NCBI GenBank assembly: GCA_964357525.1
Contig: CAYHLH010000002.1
Span: 5,287-69,286, forward strand
DNA: 64,000 nucleotides
Direction of reading: 5' to 3'
From: an uncultured Candidatus Saccharibacteria bacterium
Lineage (GTDB): Bacteria; Patescibacteriota; Minisyncoccia; UBA6257; GWB1-50-10
Position 1 is the first letter of the stretch; each line of letters opens with the position of its first letter. The notes beneath the pieces are model-generated. The model saw only the letters and a list, made by a program, of their open reading frames with translations. It ran no database searches and had not been told where the DNA came from. This document shows, one piece after another, positions 57,474 to 64,000 of the stretch. The position numbers and the translations under genes are program-made.

Positions 57474-57687
57474 TCGCTCGGAAATGTAGGTATAACCACC
57501 CCCATTTCCTCGCTCGCCAGGTTATGGCGGAATGAAATTCCTTGGTAACCTAGTTCGCTCGGAAATGTAGGTATAACCACCCCCATTTCCTCGCTCGCCA
57601 GGTTATGGCGGAATGAAATTCCTTGGTAACCTAGTTCGCTCGGAAATGTAGGTATAACCACCCCCATTTCCTCGCTCGCCAGGTTAT
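57474..57687. repeat. 81-bp tandem repeat, ~2.6 identical copies, hairpin-rich
   Basis: Units start at 57474, 57555 and 57636; the last partial unit ends in the TATAAT of the next gene. Confidence 0.9.
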
Positions 57688-57696
57688 AATGAGTTT

Positions 57697-58596
57697 GTGA
57701 AGGAAAAGAAAAGTTTCTTAATGCGGCTTGTTTCCGCGGTCATCATCGGACTCGTCGCCGTTCTCGGTTATTACGGGTATCAATACTATATTCTCTCAGA
57801 CGAACTCCTACGGACCCGAGACGAGTTCCGCAGAACGGTTTCCGATTTTGAGAATCGGGTTTCGGCGCTTCAGGCGGAGCTCGAGGCGGCGAAAAACGAG
57901 AACGCGGATCTTTCGGTGAAGCTCGCCGCCGAACAGGGGAAGAATGCCATGTTTGCGGAGCAGATTTCGGGCATTGCGGGCACAGTGGGCATTTTGGAAA
58001 AGCTTTCAAAGACCGACAAGGAGCTCCTGCAGAAATATTCCAAGATCTATTTTCTGAACGAGCACTACATACCCGAGGCGCTTGTCCAAATAGCAAAGAC
58101 ATATCTCTCGGGTGGGAACGACGAGGAGTGGATACACGCCCGCGCGTGGCCGCGCCTCCAGACGATGCTCGACGCCGCCTCGCGCGACGGCGTTACCCTC
58201 AAAGTCGTTTCCGGGTACCGCTCCTTCGACACGCAGGCGGATCTGAAATACGGATACCGCGTCTCCTACGGTTCCGGCGCGAACCAGTTCTCCGCGGACC
58301 AGGGATATTCCGAGCACCAGCTCGGCACCGCGGTGGACCTCACGACGCCCTCAATGGGAACGTCCCTCACGACGCAGTTCGAGAAGAAGCCGGAGTACGG
58401 CTGGCTTGTCGCGAACGCCTACCGATACGGGTTTACGCTCTCGTACCCCAAAGGGAACGCATACTACCAGTTCGAGCCGTGGCATTGGCGGTATGTCGGG
58501 GTCGCCTTAGCGACGAAGCTCAAGAACGACGGGAAATATTTCTACGACCTTGACCAGCGCGAGATCGATGCCTACCTCGTGAGCATCTTCGATTAG
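57697..58596 (+). CDS. VanY-like D-Ala-D-Ala carboxypeptidase (M15B) with coiled-coil stalk
   Basis: SGYRS, SEHQLGTAVD, EPWHWRYVG. Confidence 0.92.
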   Translation: MKEKKSFLMRLVSAVIIGLVAVLGYYGYQYYILSDELLRTRDEFRRTVSDFENRVSALQAELEAAKNENADLSVKLAAEQGKNAMFAEQISGIAGTVGILEKLSKTDKELLQKYSKIYFLNEHYIPEALVQIAKTYLSGGNDEEWIHARAWPRLQTMLDAASRDGVTLKVVSGYRSFDTQADLKYGYRVSYGSGANQFSADQGYSEHQLGTAVDLTTPSMGTSLTTQFEKKPEYGWLVANAYRYGFTLSYPKGNAYYQFEPWHWRYVGVALATKLKNDGKYFYDLDQREIDAYLVSIFD

Positions 58597-58613
58597 AGGT
58601 ATAATTCTGTTGT

Positions 58614-59135
58614 ATGGAACCGCAATACAAAGCGAAGGGGTATGGGAAAAGGCCGCTGTGGCAGTGGATACTCATATATGCGGTCGTCGGAGGCATAGTG
58701 TACGGCCTCATTTACTATTTTGCGTTCTCGAAGCGCGGCCTCTACGATTATGAGACGCCGTATGGCACCCCGGAACAGGGGACGGAAGAGTGGATAGATT
58801 ATAGAGGAGAAAATCCGCTTCCAAAGGAAGTAACATTGGATCTTTCCACCGAATTTGCGCGGCAGTTCCAAACCGTGCTCTCCGCGGAACTTGCGAAGCC
58901 CGCGAACTTCGCGGGACACTATCGCATGGCGCTCGTGGGATGCGGTTCCGCGTGCGGGGTGCATAAGCTTTTGGACAAGGATACGGGTAAAGTGTACGAC
59001 ACGCCCGTTTCCGAGGATCTCATGCTCTACTCTTCCGTGGAATTTTCAGTTTCTTCGCCCGACCTGGTGCTTCGTCTCACCGGCGGAGGTGCGGAGACAT
59101 ACCGTTGGAACGGCTCCGTTTTCGTGAGGTTGTAG
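58614..59135 (+). CDS. Membrane-anchored hypothetical protein
   Basis: 'WQWILIYAVVGGIVYGLIYYF' TM; 'ANFAGHY...GCGSAC'. Confidence 0.65.
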   Translation: MEPQYKAKGYGKRPLWQWILIYAVVGGIVYGLIYYFAFSKRGLYDYETPYGTPEQGTEEWIDYRGENPLPKEVTLDLSTEFARQFQTVLSAELAKPANFAGHYRMALVGCGSACGVHKLLDKDTGKVYDTPVSEDLMLYSSVEFSVSSPDLVLRLTGGGAETYRWNGSVFVRL

Positions 59136-59197
59136 GATTTTTATGGAACAAAAAACGCCCAAAGCGGGCGTTTTTTGTTTTCAAAGGGCGAAGCCCT

Positions 59198-59908
59198 TTA
59201 TCTCACGCTCGTGTCGCGGATGACCGTCGCGTCTATTGTTGAGCTCGCCGAATTCACGAGCCCGTATATGCGGACGTTGTCTCCGGCCTTGAGCGACGTA
59301 AGCGGGATCCTGAGCCAGAAGACGTTCAGGACCGAGGTGTCCGCGGCGATATTCACCGTGTAATCCCTGTCCTTGAACGTGGCGACCATGGTGGTCGGCG
59401 TGGATGAGGCCGCCGGAGGCGTCTTGATCTTCCCCTCGAGTGTCATCGGCGCGGGAGCCGGCTTCAGCACCGTCCAGTTCTTCACTATCTTCGCCTGCAC
59501 GGTGAGGGGCGACGCGACGCCCGTTTGGAGCATTCCCTGGAAGCTTACGAGGTCTCCCACGGAGATCTCCGAGATGGACGATTTCCCGCCGCGGCGTACG
59601 AACTCGGTATTGGAGTCCGTGACGATGTTCCACGTCATTGACGCCGAGCCCCACGTCGTCGCGGCGCTTATGGTGTTTCCCGATATCGCCGTAACTTTGG
59701 CGCCCCGGACGAGCACGTTGCCCCTGTCAGTGACGTGCACCTCGAGCATGGAGCCGATAGCTTTAACCTCCTTTGCGAGTTTGAACTCGTCGTCGTTGCC
59801 CTTCCCTTTCCCGTTGTCGTCATCGGCGTATGCCGGAACGATAAGCGCCGCCATCAAGGCGAACACGACGGAGAAAATAAGGGTTGAAATTGCTGTCTTT
59901 TTTAACAT
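59198..59908 (-). CDS. Secreted DUF5666-like tandem OB-fold protein
   Basis: Signal peptide; 'ISVGDLVSFQG' and 'LKAGDNVRIYG' repeats. Confidence 0.7.
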   Translation of the reverse strand: MLKKTAISTLIFSVVFALMAALIVPAYADDDNGKGKGNDDEFKLAKEVKAIGSMLEVHVTDRGNVLVRGAKVTAISGNTISAATTWGSASMTWNIVTDSNTEFVRRGGKSSISEISVGDLVSFQGMLQTGVASPLTVQAKIVKNWTVLKPAPAPMTLEGKIKTPPAASSTPTTMVATFKDRDYTVNIAADTSVLNVFWLRIPLTSLKAGDNVRIYGLVNSASSTIDATVIRDTSVR

Positions 59909-60053
59909 GTTTTTATGGGTAATATCGACCTTTCCATTTAGTAGAACGTATGGCAGTCCGAAAAATGACATCCAGTTCATTGACAGACAGGTGAAAAAGT
60001 TGTTTATGTAAAGTCAGTAATTCAATAATTTATATAAGAAAGAGGTAATAATC

Positions 60054-61271
60054 TTGAAAACTATAGCGATAATCCTGTTATTGGCGCTTTCCAGAGAGGC
60101 ATTCGGAGGCGACGGGCCGGAATACCGGTTTCTTGAGGAAAAACTATCATTGAATGTGCCGCATGATGATGGGTTGCTCGGGTGGATGAGAATGGACCGC
60201 CGGGGCCGAATTGAGGGACCGAGGCCGATAGGAAAGGAAAACACGGAGCGGAGAGGGTATCTCTCTATTCCACTGCTGCCTATCGTCAATTCCGACAACA
60301 TAAGCGCATACATGAACTCCGTAAGGCTTCTCAGCCTCATCGCATCGATAAGTTCTGACAGGTCGGAAACAGGATCTGACGCGGAAGGCCGCGTAAAAGA
60401 GCTGCAAAAGATTCCGCGGACGGATGCCTTGGTGAAAGCGAGTGAAATCATCAAGTTCGGGTTCCCGCTCGGCAAGAAGATATTTTTTGAGGCGCATATA
60501 GGCGCGCTGGCTTCGGCCGACTACGCGTACAGCGGTGTCGGGGCGTATTCGAAGAGCGGAGACACCGTGTTTGTGGCTTCCACAGAGAACTCGCTGTTCG
60601 CGCTTGGCGAACTTGGATTCCTCGGGGGATTCCGCATTACCGCACCAATAAATTTCAAAGGCCGCGGAACGCTGAATGTATCTTCGGAGTTTCTGTATAA
60701 ACGAATAATCGCATGGCAAGGATACGGATTCGTCAACGCGGTCATTACGAGCGGCGAAGACGTCAGTTTTCTTCCGGACAAATACATACGGATAGACGCC
60801 GACAAATTCTCATGGAACGTCTATCTTTCATATGAGCCTGAGTGGAAGAACCGGCTCTCTCCGCGGTTCGGGATGAAGATAAACGATCTTGCATATTCAT
60901 TTTCGCCGCGCTATGCGGGAAACGAAAAAACTGTTCCACGCGTGCGGAGTCCTAGGAGCATCGAGCTTGGAGCGCTCGCATCCCCGAAGAAGTGGCTTGA
61001 TGTCGGATTCAGCATGACCCTTTCGGGACTCAGGCCGCAGTACTGCATGGAAGTTTCTGCAAGGCCCGTTTACCTGCTACGGCTTTTGCTTAAGGCGGAA
61101 TTCAACAGGCCGGATCTTTTTCTCCAGACCGAAGATCTGTATAGTTTTCTTGTTATCTTCGGCTCAGGCGGAGTGCAGGTATCAATTCCCTTCTCCTACA
61201 ACGGGAAAAATGTGGGTATTGGTTTTGGATTTGTGCTCGGTTCCAACCTCTGGAATGCGCCGTCATTCTGA
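60054..61271 (+). CDS. Secreted protein with beta-barrel-like C-terminal half
   Basis: TTG start with SD AAAGAGGT; signal peptide; many amphipathic Gly/aromatic strands; ends in F. Confidence 0.55.
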   Translation: MKTIAIILLLALSREAFGGDGPEYRFLEEKLSLNVPHDDGLLGWMRMDRRGRIEGPRPIGKENTERRGYLSIPLLPIVNSDNISAYMNSVRLLSLIASISSDRSETGSDAEGRVKELQKIPRTDALVKASEIIKFGFPLGKKIFFEAHIGALASADYAYSGVGAYSKSGDTVFVASTENSLFALGELGFLGGFRITAPINFKGRGTLNVSSEFLYKRIIAWQGYGFVNAVITSGEDVSFLPDKYIRIDADKFSWNVYLSYEPEWKNRLSPRFGMKINDLAYSFSPRYAGNEKTVPRVRSPRSIELGALASPKKWLDVGFSMTLSGLRPQYCMEVSARPVYLLRLLLKAEFNRPDLFLQTEDLYSFLVIFGSGGVQVSIPFSYNGKNVGIGFGFVLGSNLWNAPSF

Positions 61272-61314
61272 CGGCTGACGGAAAAAGAATTTTAAAGCCC
61301 CGCTATGCGGGGCT

Positions 61315-62289
61315 TTAGCTTTTGAAAAGGGTTTTCGCCTCTTCCCAGAAATCCGGGATGTTCCTCTTCTCCTTCATGTACCACCACCACTCGGCGCCCC
61401 AGAGATACAATTCCGGAAATCCCGTGTCCCGGGCGTAGCGGATGTTCTTCCGGAACTGTCCGATGTCAAGCGTCTCTTTCCAGTCGTCCTCGGAAGTGCC
61501 CAAGGGGTATGCCCGGAACCACGGTTCCGCCTGCACCTCCACGGAAATCACATCTTTTCCAAAGAATTGCCTTATGACGAGCGCCCTCAGCCGGTAGTAT
61601 GCGGGCGGAAAGGGGAACGAAAGGTATGTATGGAGCGCGGGAAAATAGGCCTTCCGATAGAGCGTGACGCCGACCACGTCTCCGAGTTTTGCCGCTCTGA
61701 TCCAGAGAGACCATTCGCCTGTGTCGGTCGTCATTACCGGCCGCGCGGGGTCTATCGCTTTCAGGGCCGCAATCTCTCGCCCGACGAAGTCCTCCGATAT
61801 CGGAGGGCACTCGCCGAACGGGAAGAACGGCTCGTTTTCCGCCTGCCACATCACGACGGCGGGGTTCCCCTTGTAGCGCCCCGCGACGGCCGCGGAGAAC
61901 CTGATGGCGGCGTTTTCCCGTTCCGCATCCGTGAGGTCCTTCGCCCACGCGGGGATGTGACACTCGGGCCAGCGGGGCGATTTCATGCCGACCGCGAGAA
62001 TGAGCTTAGCGCCGCGTTTTGCCGCCTCGTTTACCTGGAAATCAAGTTTGTCGAACGCGAAGACGCCCTCCTCGGGTTCCACGAGGTCCCATGGTACGGC
62101 GATGCGGAGATTCCTCGCGCCGAGGTCGTCGAGGAGCGCAAGATAAGCCGCCTTCCAATCGAGTCCCAAGGTCTCCGCGTGCTTTTGCGAGAATGTTACA
62201 CCCCACGCAGGTTTCCCCTCCGGCGCGCGCCACATGAAGAATGCGACGAGCGCGAGTGCAAATAGAAGCAGAAAAATGATTTTCTTCAC
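61315..62289 (-). CDS. Glycoside hydrolase, clan GH-A (GH5/GH42-like)
   Basis: LRIAVPWDLVEPEEG.F.F..LD, WQAENEP, EVQAEPW, YLWGAEWW; GTG start. Confidence 0.8.
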   Translation of the reverse strand: MKKIIFLLLFALALVAFFMWRAPEGKPAWGVTFSQKHAETLGLDWKAAYLALLDDLGARNLRIAVPWDLVEPEEGVFAFDKLDFQVNEAAKRGAKLILAVGMKSPRWPECHIPAWAKDLTDAERENAAIRFSAAVAGRYKGNPAVVMWQAENEPFFPFGECPPISEDFVGREIAALKAIDPARPVMTTDTGEWSLWIRAAKLGDVVGVTLYRKAYFPALHTYLSFPFPPAYYRLRALVIRQFFGKDVISVEVQAEPWFRAYPLGTSEDDWKETLDIGQFRKNIRYARDTGFPELYLWGAEWWWYMKEKRNIPDFWEEAKTLFKS

Positions 62290-62293
62290 GGTA

Positions 62294-63223
62294 TCAGTTA
62301 GCCGCGAGAAGCACGACGATGCCGGCAAGGAAGAGCGCGGATGCGGCAATTTTTTGGATGGCCGCAATTCCAGTGAACGATTCCTTGAGCACGGAGGGGA
62401 ACCTCGCGGAGAGCGCGAACGCGAAGAGTTGCACGAAGAGGAACTGCACCCCCTGCAGGGCGTTCACGACGGCGACCGCGCCCGCCGGCGCGAGGTACAC
62501 GGCCGCGTTCTGGAGCACTCCCGCCGTCGCGCCCGCGCCCTGGATGCCGAGGAAAGTCCCTGTGCCTCCGCGTTTCGTCTCAGCCGGCGCTTCCGGCACG
62601 CGCTCCTTTTTCCGGAAGAGCTCGCTCCGCACGGAAGGCGAGAATGCGAATATCGCGAGTGCGGCGAGTGCGCCGAAAAGCCTTGCCCACAAAAGCCCGT
62701 CCCAGAAAGGCCCGAGGGAATACACGTATTTCAATGACACGAAGTACATCGCGAAGAGCAGCGCGGGAAAGAACGCAGCGCCGAGGCTAAGGAGGATGCG
62801 TTTGCCGCGCTGTGCGGTCACGACGACGCTCGCCGCTACGAAGAGGATGAGCGAGAGCGCCTGAGCGGAACCGATGGGCTCCCGTGGGAATACCGCGTAC
62901 GCAAGGAGGAGTGTGAGAAGGGGAAGGAGCCCGCCGATGGCGGGGATTATGCGCGAGGATTCGTGGACATTCAGGTTCTTATAGAACACGCCGAGCGCAA
63001 TGATGAAGATTATGCCTGAAAAGGCCGAGGTGAAGAGGAATTGCGCGCCTGGGAGAGGGAATCCGAAAAATGGGGCGAGCAAGACCACGAGCCCGCCCAG
63101 CGCGCCGACGTAGAAGGTGAATTGGAGGGGGCTCGGGACGACCTTCGCGAGTAGATATTTGTCCCCGACGGCGTTCACCGCGAAGAGAAGGTAGGCGAAA
63201 AGCGCCGCCGCAAGCCAGAGCAT
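62294..63223 (-). CDS. EamA/DMT-family membrane transporter
   Basis: About 10 TM helices in two repeats; DKYLL; ...LKE. Confidence 0.8.
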   Translation of the reverse strand: MLWLAAALFAYLLFAVNAVGDKYLLAKVVPSPLQFTFYVGALGGLVVLLAPFFGFPLPGAQFLFTSAFSGIIFIIALGVFYKNLNVHESSRIIPAIGGLLPLLTLLLAYAVFPREPIGSAQALSLILFVAASVVVTAQRGKRILLSLGAAFFPALLFAMYFVSLKYVYSLGPFWDGLLWARLFGALAALAIFAFSPSVRSELFRKKERVPEAPAETKRGGTGTFLGIQGAGATAGVLQNAAVYLAPAGAVAVVNALQGVQFLFVQLFAFALSARFPSVLKESFTGIAAIQKIAASALFLAGIVVLLAAN

Positions 63224-63541
63224 CCCAGTATATCAACTTCCAGTGACGCCAGACGCCCCTTTGGAACGCTGGTATTCCTGAAGTCGCAATCCGAGGAACC
63301 TCCGACCCTGGGTTCCCTTGAGATAGTGTTCCCTGCGTCTGGCGTCTTTTAAGTTTGTGCACCCCTCAAAGTACACGAGCTTGAATGGTCTGCGGGGAGC
63401 AGTTGCAAGGCTTTTGCCTTTTTCGTGCGCTTCCAATCTCTGCCTGAGGTTGGGAGCATACCCGATGTATCGTTTGTTGTCCTTCATGCTCTCCAAGACG
63501 TAGACATAGTGGAAGTGCACTCTGGAAGTTGTATTACTGGG
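63224..63541 (-). mobile_element. CCCRGTA element, start-codon subfamily (A3), carrying a GIY-YIG gene
   Basis: Minus strand: ATG|CCCAGTAATACAACTTCCAG...CTGGAAGTTGATATACTGGG|ATG; the right ATG is the EamA start. Confidence 0.8.
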
Positions 63542-63544
63542 CAT
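63233..63544 (-). CDS. Small stand-alone GIY-YIG nuclease
   Basis: MPSNTTSR.HFHYVYVL...RYIGYAPNLRQRLEAH...LVYFE...ARRREHYLK; starts at the left arm and stops in the right arm of the element. Confidence 0.9.
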   Translation of the reverse strand: MPSNTTSRVHFHYVYVLESMKDNKRYIGYAPNLRQRLEAHEKGKSLATAPRRPFKLVYFEGCTNLKDARRREHYLKGTQGRRFLGLRLQEYQRSKGASGVTGS

Positions 63545-63545
63545 C

Positions 63546-64000
63546 CTATTGCCGCGCGACGAGGCGCGCGATGTGTTCGGTGCCCTTTCGTTCCATCTTG
63601 ATGAATCCCTGCATCGCCGCCTCGGCGAACTTCCCCTCGTTAAGGAAATCGAAGAACCACTGTTCGGTGAACTGCACCGAGAGCTGGTCGAGCCCCGCGC
63701 CCGTGTAGAGGAGCCATTTGCGGTTCTGTATCTCCTGCGAGCCGATGGGAGGCGCGATGATGATGGGGATGCCGAACGCCCCGAAAAAGGAAAGCTCCGA
63801 CGGCTTTGTCCAAAGCACGTCCACCGAGTGGAGGAGTCCGTTGAATTTTTCAAAATATTCGTCCTTCGTGTCGGCGAAGAGGACGGTAAAGGTCTTCCCG
63901 AGATGTTCCTCGAGCCCGAGTTCGCGGGCGGCGCGCATGAATTCGTCTCGCGCGTCGGCGGAGACGCCGGCGACGAGGTGGAGGAGGATCTTCCCCGCGC
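63546..64000 (-). CDS. Glycosyltransferase (GT-B)-like protein, C-terminal part
   Basis: 'VDVLWTKPSELSF..GIPIIIAPPIGSQE..NRKWL...GAG'; open to the window edge. Confidence 0.65.
   Translation of the reverse strand, partial: AGKILLHLVAGVSADARDEFMRAARELGLEEHLGKTFTVLFADTKDEYFEKFNGLLHSVDVLWTKPSELSFFGAFGIPIIIAPPIGSQEIQNRKWLLYTGAGLDQLSVQFTEQWFFDFLNEGKFAEAAMQGFIKMERKGTEHIARLVARQ

Noticed and set aside
57474-57687. Possible CRISPR array
   Set aside because: Units are identical end to end with no unique spacers, and no cas genes are in the window.
63545-63853. N-terminal extension of the GIY-YIG ORF
   Set aside because: It overlaps the upstream glycosyltransferase-like gene in another frame; the ATG at 63544 follows that gene's stop.

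Overview
Chromosomal segment that looks like a Patescibacteria/CPR (Parcubacteria-like) genome. This is inferred from the gene content, the CPR-style type IV pilus cluster and pervasive leaderless promoters; TGA acts as a stop codon. It carries infB-rbfA, tyrS, clpP, ligA, gatC-gatA, a fused mitochondrial-type PheRS, arfB, a comF-pilMNO-pilB-pilT-pilC-pilA-pilD-minor pilin cluster, large surface proteins, a copper-type P1B-ATPase island and 10 tRNAs. The most unusual content is non-coding. (1) A dispersed element family has CCC(A/G)GTA...TAC(T/C)GGG termini, compensatory changes in its arms and ~4-bp flanking direct repeats. One subfamily sits exactly on start codons, and one such copy holds a complete GIY-YIG nuclease. 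Another subfamily sits directly before extended -10 boxes of surface-protein genes. (2) Two TrpR/YerC-like paralogues are each bracketed by their own palindrome family. (3) Structured elements duplicate tRNA 3' ends (Glu, Gly, CAT) or 5' ends (CAT, Phe). (4) A tandem att-like cassette array follows tRNA-His. (5) An 18-bp palindrome is inserted in frame in gatA. Two proteins also carry Ignavibacteria-style type IX secretion C-terminal sorting domains in a lineage not known to have a T9SS. All calls come from reading the sequence; no searches were run, so novelty is unverified.
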